From Bilabrum cf. latius (taxonomy: Eukaryota), in contig OZ237739.1 of assembly GCA_965178125.1 (NCBI GenBank), positions 620,001 through 684,000 on the forward strand: DNA of 64,000 bases. Reading direction: 5' to 3'. The first letter of the stretch is position 1, and every line of letters starts with the position of its first letter. The position numbers were made by a program, and so were the translations under genes. Positions 53,601 through 64,000 of the stretch are shown here, piece after piece. The notes under the pieces are model-generated. The model made no database searches and was not told where the DNA came from. It saw nothing but the letters and a program-made list of their open reading frames with translations.

Positions 53601-53798
53601 CAATCAGCTCGCAATCCGCTGTAGGCCGCGTCACCCTCTAACCGTGAGCAAGACAAGATGGCCTTCTTTGCTGCGGGTGGGAGGCCGAAGGGCCTGCGCA
53701 GGGCAGGGAGTGGCGCTGGAGGGTTCCGACACAAGTTCGGACCAAGCCGGGCAAGAGAGGTGGGCGAGACACCCAGCAAGAAGCCCGGTGTTATTTAA
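38652..53798 (+). CDS. Giant cell-surface protein (~5,048 aa): signal peptide, 6.3 x 496-aa Gly-rich repeats, GCxDxxAxNY..DDGSC repeats, coiled coil, Ig-like and Cys-rich modules, C-terminal multi-TM region
   Basis: ORF 38622..48563 continues in frame through 11 TAGs (48561 to 53622) via ORFs 48786, 49107, 49401, 49740, 50244, 50508 and 51273 to TAA at 53796-53798. Hydrophobic N-terminus (ILYSLFAIVLSTHTGAWA); motifs DECGVCNGDGSSC and CGNDVCEVGESPNTCPSDC; about 7-8 hydrophobic helices. Confidence 0.88.
38979..48308 (+). repeat. Tandem array of a 1,488-bp coding unit, six full copies plus ~400 bp
   Basis: gcatctggtgcagggtatgcatcc begins at 38979, 40467, 41955, 43443, 44931, 46419 and 47907; units differ at only a handful of bases. 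Confidence 0.97.
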
Positions 53799-54586
53799 GT
53801 TGCATGTTTGTGAATTTGGTATGAGATTGCTGCAGTAGTATCTTTCAGTAATGATCGGATGACATCATCCGGAAACTGGATGGGTCCGCCGGCGAGTCGT
53901 CACACGTTGAGAGCCACCAACTCTTGCCTTCTGCCTCTAGAACTTGGCCCTGTCACTGCCATTCTTCTACTGTGATTCGCCGGCATAAAATGCCAGCCGA
54001 GCCCCTGCCGATAGCGGGTTTTCAGGCTTGTCCATCGCGCTCAAATCTTCCAAGGCACCCGGTGCTGCAAGGCCAGCTTTGCCTGGCTTGATCAAGTCTT
54101 TGCTACGAGTCTGCTTATATATCATCATTGCAACAAAGAGGGTGACAGCAATACGACGTTTCGCTTCAACTTATTTGAGTATGTACCGTGAGATACGTAC
54201 TACTTTTGTCGACTAGACTTGTATTCTATTATTCTAGGACCCCGCAGAGCCTGCCTATCCGGATCCTTTGGAATCGGAGGCAAGCTCGGCTCGACGCAGA
54301 GAAATCGGATAACTTCCCACCACACGTCGAGTCGGTCTACCCCGGTCGAGTCGAAGCTTCAGGTGACCGGGAGCGCCAATCACACCGGTATAGAGGCCAG
54401 CACTGTTCTTGTGTATAGTGTGGCGGTACTTGCAGAATCAAAGGAGAGGGCAAGAACAGTCTACGTTGCCAAGGGCAGGGCCCATCATCATTGAGAACAA
54501 GGAACAGTTTTGCAAGCCGGCACTACAACGTCATGGCGTACAGGGCTGGAGTGCGTTTTGCGTTCTCCCCCGAGCGTATACCACAT

Positions 54587-56254
54587 TCACTCATAGGACA
54601 GCTTGGGCAAGTCCGCAAACGCAGGATTAGGCTTTTCGCAGCAGCTCCTCAGCGCCTGCTTGCCTGCCTCCTCGAGCCCCAGCCCGTAGAACGGCTTGAA
54701 CAGCTCTGTGGCGTGCGGGTGGGCCGGGCCGTACTTTCGCATGACTACGCGCATCACCAGTCGCCGGAGGGCCACCTCCAGCTCGTCTTCATCGATGGTA
54801 ATGGGCTTGTTCACGGCGGAACCCCGGCATTTCGGAGTGGGCTTCCCGTGCATGCTGAACCAGTCCGTGTACTTGCCGTAGTCGCAACCGTTCACGCGCC
54901 CCTTCGCTGCCCCTCTCTTGGCCTCTTGCGCGTTGCCAGGCGCTCCATGCAGCCCCTCGTACTCCAAATTAGAGCTCCCAGCGAAGCCCTGGAAGGCGAT
55001 CTGGTGAAAGTCCCGGGGGAAGACCTCCAGGACGCCAGAGCCCTTCTGCATGAAGATGCAGTTGGCGAGGCCGCTGCCGTGCGCGCCCACGAAAATGTCC
55101 GTATTTGCGAGCCATTCCACGCCAGTGGCAAGGCTCACCTGCTCGAACCTTCCGAACTCTGGGTGATCAATGTACTGCACGTCGAAGCCCAGCCGGTTGA
55201 AGACCTTCTCAATCGTGTGCTCGTTTTTGAAGACGCGCCCGTGCGATGACTTTTGTCTACGCCTAATGATCATGGCTCTGAGTGCCCTGGTAGGCGGGGG
55301 CAGCAGCCGCACGTTGAAATGCTTGTACGCAGCATCCCGGAAGATGTCGGCGTCTTCGAAATCAGAAAACACGCCGCCTTCTGTCGGTGACATGGACCGG
55401 CCCATCATGTATAGGCGCTCGAAGCAGACGCGGTTCTTGCCCTTCGGCATCACCAATCTGCGGAAGGATTCGCTCTGGCTCCCGCCCCAGGGCATGACAA
55501 AGGAGGGAGGGTCGGGCACGACAGTCTCTTCGCGCGGCGCCGTTCGGTTCCGCACGACGTCCAGGGAGTGCTTCAGTAGCGGGCCTGTGATGAACTTCCA
55601 CATGATCCCAAGATTCTGCATCTAATTGAATCCAAAGTTGGCACCGACGATAGAACGAACGGGAGGGTAGTCGCTTGGGTTTAGGGCTGAGTGAAGGTAG
55701 CCCATGTGCCCCTCGACGAAGTGGGCCAGGTGTCCCTCAAATGGACCCGCCGAAAGCCAGGTCCCGTCTCCATGAAGTGGCATTTTTTGGTTCGGTTCGT
55801 GATTTCTCGGAACGTAGGTAGCTTCGGGGGCCTTCATGTGTGCCTCGGGGTCGGGAACCGGTTGATCTATCCAGTTCCAAGCCCAGCCAAAGCCGTTGTA
55901 CTTCTCCGGCCTCTGGGGCCTCCAATTTTTAGGCATCACACGTGGACTTTCTGGTTTTCGAAGCAACATGATCTTTGTGCCGCCTCCCCAGCACACATTG
56001 TTGAGCATCGCCCACGTGGTCCCGGTGCCATTGAAGTATACAGACGTCCCATTGGCAGGATCAGGCTGGTTCTTGTAGAAGCGCCCAATCTCATGGGAAG
56101 TATCTGTCATGACGGATAACTTCCTGGAACCAGCTGCAGGTAGTACACCCCTTGAGGGTAGCAAGAATGCGCACAAGCATGTGAACCAGAGTACCCTTTC
56201 TCTCATCGTCCTGCTGCCATCTCGTCCAATTGTTCGGTACTGTTCAATTCCCAT
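54587..56254 (-). CDS. Glycosyltransferase family 61 (DUF563 / EOGT-like) protein, ~555 aa
   Basis: GT61 motif DIFVGAHGSGLANCIFMQKGSGVLEVFP and HLAHF; N-terminal hydrophobic segment; ORFs 55622..56254 and 54587..55621 abut across one TAG; ends TGA. Confidence 0.88.
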
Positions 56255-56503
56255 GTATCAAAATAGACACGCCCGTCACCCGGCTGTAAGAAGATATCTG
56301 GGAGTTCTTTATGTGTGAAGTCACAAATGCCGTTCCGACCGGTTTTTCTTGTTTTTCAACATTTTGTAATGTGCGATTAAAAACGGACCGAAAATAGCTC
56401 TACTGATGGACTACTGGAACGATACCAGGCTAGACGCTCCCTGTCAAACCAGGCAATTCAACCCTTGTAATTGTCTCATAATACTGGCAGCGACTTGTTG
56501 ATC

Positions 56504-58204
56504 ATGCCGCCGAAAAGCTAGACCGAGAAATCGAAAAAAGGAGAATTATCATAGCTTGTTACAATTGGACTCATAGCTGGCTTGACACTGACTTTATGCT
56601 GGGTGATTGGCGTCTTGATCCGTGGAAATACTTCAAACAGGCATCATCACCATTGGCCAACGGGTCTTGATCCATAGGACAAACCGAATGAGACTGAAGA
56701 CCAGCTCGGCGGCCTTACTTCAGTCCAAGACGAGCCGGGAGATGAATGGACATGGGACTTTTTGCTGCAGGAGTTTTGCAAGCACTATACTGGAATACAC
56801 TAGGGTGTGCAAGCCAGGTAGGATTGTGTTCAGATTACCCGACAGCAGGTGGAGCAGCTGCGATCGGAGGGCCATCGTGCAGGTGGGAAAGTCTCCAATG
56901 TTCACGGCAATCCCAGCGGTGGAAACAGTAATTCCAGGTCTAGCACTTCGGGCGAAAGAGTGGCAGCGATGCCCGGACAGGAACTGTCCTTTCTTCGCCC
57001 TGGTCGCTTCAGCGCCTTGCGGGACGAGCTGGAAAGGATCCTACTTGAAAATACCCTCTTGGAGAGCGCGCGGTTCACCGACAGGTCGGTTACGCAGCTA
57101 TTCGGAAGAATCCACCCCCTGTCGCTTGGCCTCTCGGTGGACCAGCGCACGAGGCGGCCGCTTGACGTTATCTATCAGCAGTAGCCATTCCACTGGCAGT
57201 GGCACATCGACCAGCACCTGCAGAAGGTGCAGCGTCCCATTCGGATAATTTTGGACCCCAACTCCCAGCGGTACCAGAACAACGCCATTATCGCCGTAAA
57301 TCACCTCACCTTCAAGCACTCGGATCGGTACTTCACGGAATAGGCCAAGCGAGGCAACACCAACATCGCGGCGCTGCACCAGGGGGATATCACGATATCG
57401 CAGTCGTACGGGTGGTACAAGAAGACCAAGTTTGTGCTGAGGAATCACTTCCCCTCTCGCTCCGTGGCGGTCAAGAAGGGTATGGCGCTAGACAGGATGT
57501 ACGTCCTCCCACTGGGATCTCCAACCCACGACTCTATGAGCTTCGTGAACCGGGGAGAGTTCGGCAGGGTCCTTCCAGCGAGCAAACGCAAGCACCTGTG
57601 CAATTTTATTGGTAGTTTGCTGCACCACGAAACCAGAATGGCGCTTGGCAAGTCCCTGCATGCGGCGGAGATGGGGCCTGACCCATCCAAGGCCAAGTAC
57701 GAGAAATGGGGGACTGATGGGGGCGTGAAATGCTTTACTTACTACTCGGGCGAATGGAAGAACAAGAAGCAGATGCAGCCGTGGGAGTACAGGGCCATGA
57801 TTTCCAATAGCGCATTCACGTTCGTGCCACCGGGGAGGGGCCCCTCGAGTTTCCGGTTGACCGAGGCATTGGAGCTGGGCTCCATCCCCATCATCAGTGA
57901 TATTGACAACTTCAATTTACCGTACGGGGAGCACCCGTTGCCCACCATCAAGGTCAGCGAGTGGGGCACCCTGCCGCCTGTACTTGTGAAGATGTATTCG
58001 GAGCACATGGAGGAGCTGGACGTCCTGCAGGAGAGAGTGTTCGCCTGGTGGCACGCATGGAAGCAAACTTACTAGTAGAATCTAGCTTGTCTCGTGGAAC
58101 GGGACATAATGGCTTCTCCAGGTGCTCGTCAGGACTGCCTGTCGCCCGGTCAGTTTGCAGGTTACTCACTTTCTCCAAAGGACCTGACCAAGTTCAAGAA
58201 ATAA
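56504..58204 (+). CDS. Exostosin / GT47-family glycosyltransferase, type II membrane protein, ~566 aa
   Basis: Motif YRAMISNSAFTFVPPGRGPSSFRLTEALELGSIPIISD. With TAG=Gln the frame opens from ATG 56504 with TM anchor LVTIGLIAGLTLTLCWVIGVLI; 9 TAGs; ends TAA at 58202-58204. Confidence 0.88.
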
Positions 58205-58766
58205 GCTAACGATTTCCTTTGTTCAACGTGTATGTTTCACGCATGGATTTAAAGCGGCCGAGTTGAACAGGCCTTCTGCCAAGTTGCGGTGCGGGTGTCG
58301 ACCAAATTGGCGTGCTCCAAACACCAAATTCTGTCTAGAGGTCTGGTACATGCAGAAGCCAACGCAGATTCTATGCTATGCAATCTCGTGGAATATTGAC
58401 GATGAGCGCTAGTCTCATTACCGGACTCATCGGACTGGTGTTGATGTTGGAGTGGGAGCGCTGGACGAGCTCGCGTGGGTTCCGCTGGCGGTCGCAACCG
58501 GCGGAGGGTGCGACCAACGGATTGCTGTGTTCAGGGTAAGGGTTGGGCTCGGGTCGTTTCGGAGGGCAGTGTGGTGCACGTGCTCTTTCCTGTCCCGGTC
58601 ACGCACTCCGGTCAAGGGATAGTGTGCGGTAGGACTGTAGAAACAAGACTGTGGCGACCACAGCCTGCGACGCTTCCAATCAGGAAGCTCCAAGGCAGTC
58701 GGAAGTGCTTCTGAATGTCGATTCAAAGTAAGCATCCATTCATCTGTTCAGTTTCAAATCGATTTG

Positions 58767-61076
58767 TCAGATCTCTGTCCCAGCAGCAGCAAACTCAGTA
58801 CCCGCGCCAGACATCGAAGCCAAGGTGTATGTTCGCCCGGTGAAGCCACCCGCGGCTTGGATAGCCTCTGAGGCTCCCCCACCCAGCACGCAGAGGGGTA
58901 AGCAATACAGAGTCTTCGCATTGGATCGAACTGGCAGCACAGCAACGAAGTCGCCAGCAGCAAAGCCGGGATGCTGGTCCTGGTCATGCCTGATTGTGGC
59001 TGAAGTCAGTGAGGACCACGCCCCGGAGCTGATGCCCGACCACAACTTCTCCTAACCCGACACCGTTTTTGCGGAAGCAGCTCCGGTAGCGCTTCCAACA
59101 CCGGCCATCGCCTCGAGGACGGCATTTTCTGCCTCCAGCAACCCAGCCTCCAGGGCAACCTCAGCCGGCGCCGCGCCAGCGGAACCTCCCGCGGGAGACG
59201 CTTCCCCCTGCTGTTGCCGCCGCAAGCCAGCAGGAAGGCCGGGCATGACCACCCTGCGGTTCGTGTCGGTGCGGCCCTGCCACAGGGGCGCCTGCCCGTC
59301 CGTGCCTCCACGCCGGCGGCTCTCGGATTCAACGAGCACAACCTGCACCTGGCCGATGCACTCGGCGAACCTTCGCGAAGACCCCTCAAGGAACGTTCGG
59401 ATAAGTTCCTCCAGCCTCCTGTTCTTCACGTCCTCGGGCACGTCGTCCTTGAGTTTCCTCGCGGCATGCGTCCTGTCCCGCAGGCTGTACGCGAATAGGA
59501 AGCCCTGGTCGAACCTCTCCCTCTGCATTACCTCCACCGTCTGCCGGTGGTCTGACTCGGATTCGCCGCAGAAGCCCGCGATGACGTCGGTGCTGAGAGC
59601 CACGCCCGGGATGGCCGCTCTGGCCTCGTCACACAGCTGCTGGAACGTCTCACGGGTGTAGAAGCGTCGCATCCTGTGCAGCACCTCCGAGCTGCCAGAC
59701 TGTAGAGGCATGTGCAGCGAGTTGCACACGTTGTCATTCTGTTTCACCGCCTCGAGCACCGCCCGTGGAAAGTCCTTCGGGTGCGGAGACGTGAAACGGA
59801 CTCGCATCTCGGGCGCCGCGCGAGCCACCCTGTCCAGCAGCTCAGCGAATCGCACGCCACCGCCGCCGCCGCGCAGCCGAAACATGTTCCCGAAGCCCTT
59901 CGCTGTCTCATACCCAGCCCCTGCACCTGCCACCGCTTCCCACTTTGCGTCCGAAGCCGCGCCAGAGTCGTGGTAGCTGTTCACGTTCTGACCCAGCAGC
60001 ACCACCTCCTTGTAGCCTCGCGCCGCCAGTGACCGAACCTCGCCCTCGATGGTTGCAACCGGCCGGCTGCGCTCCCTCCCTCGCGTGAACGGCACGACGC
60101 AGAAGGAACACATGTTGTTGCACCCCCGCGAAATGGACACGAATGACGAAACCGCGCCGTCGCCCGCCCTCACCGGCGCAATGTCCGCATATGTCTCAGA
60201 CAGGGACAGCTGCGTGTTGCTGGCACGTGGATCCTCGGCACCCTGCCTGCGGCCTTCACGAACCTTCTGCACCAGTGCAGGGAGGTCTCTATACGCGTCT
60301 GGCCCGGCAATCAAGTCAACGGCTCCCTCTTGCTCCAGCAGCTTGTCCTTCAGCCGTTCTGCCATGCAGCCGAGGACACCCACCACCGCCTCGTCTCCGC
60401 CCCGCGGAGGAGGCATTGGCGCCTTCTTTCCGCCGGACCTTGGAGCAGGGGCAGCGGATGCAGGTAGCCCTTGCTTGATCCCAATGCGCTGCCTTCGCTT
60501 GATGCCCTTGAAGTCCGCCAAACGAGCACGCACGCGCTGCTCTGCGTTCTCGCGAATGGCACACGTATTCACCAAAATTACATCTGCCTAAGACGGCTCA
60601 TCTACTTCCTCGTATCCTGCTCCAAGCAAAATCGATCTAACGATTTCAGAGTCGCTGACATTCATCTAGCACCCGTACGTCTAGATGTAAAATGCAAGCT
60701 ACTCGGCATTCATGTTTTGCTTCAAGGCATCCGGCGCTGACAGGGTTGCATCTGAAGCATCTATTGGATCGAGTAGAGCCTTAGCGGACGGTGACGGTGT
60801 TGTACTTGCTACCTGTGGCGAAGAGGCTGAGCCGCCGCTTCTTGTGCCTGGTTGAGAGAAATCTACAAGTGACATTCCATCCCTAGGGATTGTTCGTCGC
60901 TTCCGACGAGCCTTTTTAGTATTGCTATCTACAGGGCTGCTCGCACTACGGTCTCGCGTCATACTTGCCCCGCCAGATGCGTATCTTGTCATTCCCCCAA
61001 CACACACAAGGTGCCCACGCAGTCCTGCATACAGGCGTTTACAAGACCATTTCATGCGCTAGGATGCTGGTCTCAT
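58767..61076 (-). CDS. CDK5RAP1: MiaB/CDK5RAP1-type tRNA methylthiotransferase (radical SAM), probably mitochondrial, ~769 aa
   Basis: UPF0004 domain [16 protein letters not shown]...NTCAIRENAE...GCMAERL; radical SAM GCNNMCSFCVVPFTRGRERSR; EVVLLGQNVNSY; TRAM domain completed after the TAG at 59052 (AGDFVAV...TLYCLPL); Arg-rich N-terminal extension (start 61076 or 61055); ends TGA. Confidence 0.93.
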
Positions 61077-61232
61077 TCCTGAATATAGAGATAGTTGTAT
61101 TTAATTTGAGAGGATATGTCCCTGCCACCCGCTATAGCCTACACTAGAAGCATGGTGCAGGGAATCTGCAGTTGCAGTGCACGACTCTGCAATCGAGGCG
61201 GCCAAAATTATACTTTGAACAGTTGAACTAGA

Positions 61233-61924
61233 ATGTCGGAAGCCACAATTCAATCAGTATTGCTCGAATTTGTGGATGAGTAAGAGAATAAGACGACCGG
61301 TGCGTTCAATTCGCGAATCGGATCACTGTAGATTGTGAAACATGCACCAGTCACAATTTCGCAGGCTACCGGGGTGCCAAGGAATTGTTGTCGGGAATTG
61401 CTTCGGGTTGCCGCTTATCAGGGGTGTGTCACGAACTCGTTATTAGTGCTTGCAGTACGTTCGGGGTTTCATGGTGAAGCTGTGGTTGATGTCTCTAGTG
61501 ATTCCTTTCGCAGCCGTGAAGCCAACCAGCGATGAGGAGATTATCAAGTGTGTCGAGACAAGATTAGCGCATGCATTTTATCTGGCATCAGAGCTAGTGA
61601 GTTATTCCTTTGCCTAACGTTAGAGGGGCAACAATTGTTGAAACTGCTGTGTGTTGCACAACTTAATCGCTTCGCGGTTCGCAGAGCGAGCGATTGCCAA
61701 CTGGCTCGACAGAGGCGGCCGTCGCATTCTACGAGAAAGTGACAATTGTGTATGGTGCGCGGTCACCGCTAGTAATTGGAGTTGTGGCGTCGGTAGAGTC
61801 GGATGTTGGTGCAATCCTCGAGGCATTGCCGAAAATCAAGGCGGTGCTTGAGCCAGCCGGAGCCATGGTTGAATCGTCCGGAGAATAGCAGCAAGAGGAA
61901 ATTGGCATGGTAGCGGGGCCGTGA
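61233..61924 (+). CDS. LAMTOR3: Ragulator subunit LAMTOR3 (MP1)-like protein, ~142 aa; exons 61233-61279, 61365-61423, 61514-61596, 61685-61924
   Basis: Three GT..GCAG introns (85, 90, 88 nt) give MSEATIQSVLLEFVDELPGCQGIVVGNCFGLPLIRA...RLAHAFYLASELSERLPTGSTEAAVAFYEKVTIVYGARSPLVIGVVASVESDVGAILEALPKIKAVLEP, which matches the LAMTOR3 roadblock pattern as I recall it. One TAG in a Gln run before the TGA. Confidence 0.72.
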
Positions 61925-62011
61925 GTCATGCCGTTGTTGGGATGAACCGAGCTTGAAGCGGACCTGCGCTTGTTATCCAGAACATCTGTATCCATCACAC
62001 CACCAATCACT

Positions 62012-64000
62012 TCACTTTGAAAGCTTGGACTGCACTGCCAGTCCAGAAGGCTGTTCATTGCTCCACTTCCCTGTGCGTCGATTCACGAACACGACGGTGC
62101 CATCAGTGCCAGCCACCCGCTCCCACTCCGAGCCCTCCCCAGGGCCTGCACCGGCACCGGCACCTCCGCCGGCAGCCGTGCCACTGCCTCCAGCGGCACG
62201 TACCATACCGTCAACCCGCTGTACTTTGGGTGTACGACCTCCTTCTACCCCGCGGTCGCGCCGCTTTCCCGAACCTTTGCCGCCCCCATCGTCGTCCCCG
62301 CCTGCTCCACCTCGCCGTGCCACTATTCCTACTCCTGCTGCTCCCAGGTCAGCGTCCAGTCTGGCCTTAGCCTTGGCACCCGCCGCAAACTGGGCTTTCT
62401 TCTCCTATCGCAGTGCCCGAAGTCTCTTTTCCCTGGCCTGCGCCGCCGCTCTGCTGCTGCCCGTCTCCTGCTGCCGGCTCGCCTCTTCCGCTCGCCTGAG
62501 CCGAGCCGCCCTCTCCTCCTCCGCCAGCGTCCTTCTAGCTCCGAGGAGACGGCCGGAGCCTCCAAGTGCCATGCGAGAGTAGGTTTGGATGGTGCCACTG
62601 CCAGTGAACAATGGGCTGAACTTGTGCCTTGCTGCATGCCTGCGCGTGATGACGCCCATTTTGAGCAGCTTGCTGGCATCCGTGGTCCACCGGGGCATAG
62701 TCCATCGGCTTTCGCCAGTTTCTGCGCAGTAGTAGAAGTGCGACAGATGGTCCTCAGCTGTATCACCGGTATCGATGCCGGTGAACTGCTGCTATGAATC
62801 GTCCTCGGGCTGATGCGGAACGAGCTCCCAAGCACTCGGGTCCTTCTCTGCATCGTCGCCGCCGAACACGGGAGGCTCCTTGGAATACTCGGCCCGCTGC
62901 TCCCGCTTACCACGGAAGGAAGACGATGAAGCGGAAGACACATTCCGGTCAGACAGGGTCTGATCTGCCCCTGCTCCGCTGGCTGGCTCGGGCTCCAGGC
63001 GGTCCGTCTCACCAACCCTGGGATCGCTGCCATCATCAGCGTCCCCATCAAAGCCGCCCTCCTCGTCCTCGTCTTCGCCGCTACCCCCGTTGCCTGTTTC
63101 GTCCTCGAATCGAAGTCGAGCCAGCAGGAACTCGCCCCTTCGGTTGAACGCGCCGCCGGGCGGAGGGCGAGGCAAACGGCCTCGCCACACACCGGCACAC
63201 TCCCACCCTCCGCCAGTCACAGCTCCGTTCCCCGTGACCACACCCATGAGCCTAAGAGTGTCCCAGTACCTGCTAACCGATGGAAGCACCCATACCGTCC
63301 TCTTACTCCTCGGGTTGAAGAAGTACTCCTGCCCGTCCTTGGTGTACAGCTTGTCCCACTCCTCCGGTAGGCCTTCCTCCTCCACCGTGTGCGCAAGTCT
63401 GCGGATGGCGTCGCGAACGCGGTACCCTCGCCACACCCTCGCAAAATCTTTTGCGATGTTGCTGCGCCGGACTTCTTCGAATGCCTCCAGCGCCGCAGCA
63501 GAGTCATCCGCAGCGCGCTGCTCCTGCCTCTTGAGATACGCCTCAAACCCGTCATAGTCCTTCCCAGCGGCCTGCAAGACGTAAGACAGGAGGTTCACGG
63601 CATGCTGATTCCTCGGTTCTATATCGATGGCATCCAAGAGAACCCGCTCAGCCTGCCAGTGCTCCCCCTTGAGTGCAGATAGCAGCGCCCCCCAGCTCAT
63701 TAGCGCGACTTGGTCGTGCTTGTCGTGGTCATAGGCGTGCTGGAAGAAGCCCAGCTCAGCCATGGCAAAAACTGACAGATTGCGAGACACGCTCCGCTGG
63801 CCAGGTTTTTCCCTCAGGACATCTTCGGCGGACCGGGCACGCTCGATCATCACCTCGATTACGTCGAAGGACTCTTCCTGGGTCACCATGAGCAGGAGCG
63901 CAAAGCCGTACAGGATCACTGGTTCGTCTGGGCCTCGTCGGGTCATCCAGTCCAGCAGCCCCACGTACATCTGCCTTGCCCTAGCCAGGTCACGCTTGAT
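62012..64000 (-). CDS. WW-domain / IQ-motif / TPR-like protein, 5' end outside the window
   Basis: WW LPEEWDKLYTKDGQEYFFNPRSKRTVWVLP plus two degenerate WW-like segments; IQ-like FARVWRGYRVR; ORFs 62792..63970, 62405..62698 and 62012..62323 joined by TAGs; ends TGA. Confidence 0.82.

Noticed and set aside
58205-58766. Short ORFs between GT47 and MiaB
   Set aside because: No motif or consistent frame; probably UTR or intergenic sequence.
1-64000. TAG as pyrrolysine, Leu, Glu or programmed readthrough; ciliate-type TAA+TAG=Gln
   Set aside because: TAG is too frequent (even tandem) for readthrough or Pyl and aligns with Gln. TAA does not occur internally in the reconstructed genes and terminates two of them (53796, 58202).

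Overview
GC-rich, gene-dense eukaryotic (protist-like) nuclear DNA with few short GT-AG introns. Main result: the window does not use the standard genetic code. The supplied ORF fragments join in frame across TAG codons (about 130 in-frame TAGs by hand count across 16 genes, with no internal TAA/TGA in the joined frames), and TAG falls at conserved Gln positions (MiaB GC*MN = GCQMN). TAG therefore reads as Gln, while TAA and TGA remain stops. Re-translation gives: (i) a cluster of seven paralogous genes (1.2-37.3 kb) carrying about 21 copies of an ~80-100 aa domain I do not recognise; (ii) a ~3,400 aa FG-GAP/integrin-alpha-like single-pass membrane protein with five propeller modules; (iii) a ~5,050 aa multi-pass surface protein built on 6.3 near-identical 1,488-bp repeats; (iv) a divergent GT61/GT47 glycosyltransferase pair, a MiaB/CDK5RAP1 tRNA methylthiotransferase, a 4-exon LAMTOR3 homologue, a coiled-coil protein and a WW/IQ protein. 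I saw no rRNA, tRNA or CRISPR array. The organism cannot be identified from this window alone. All translation and counting was done by eye.
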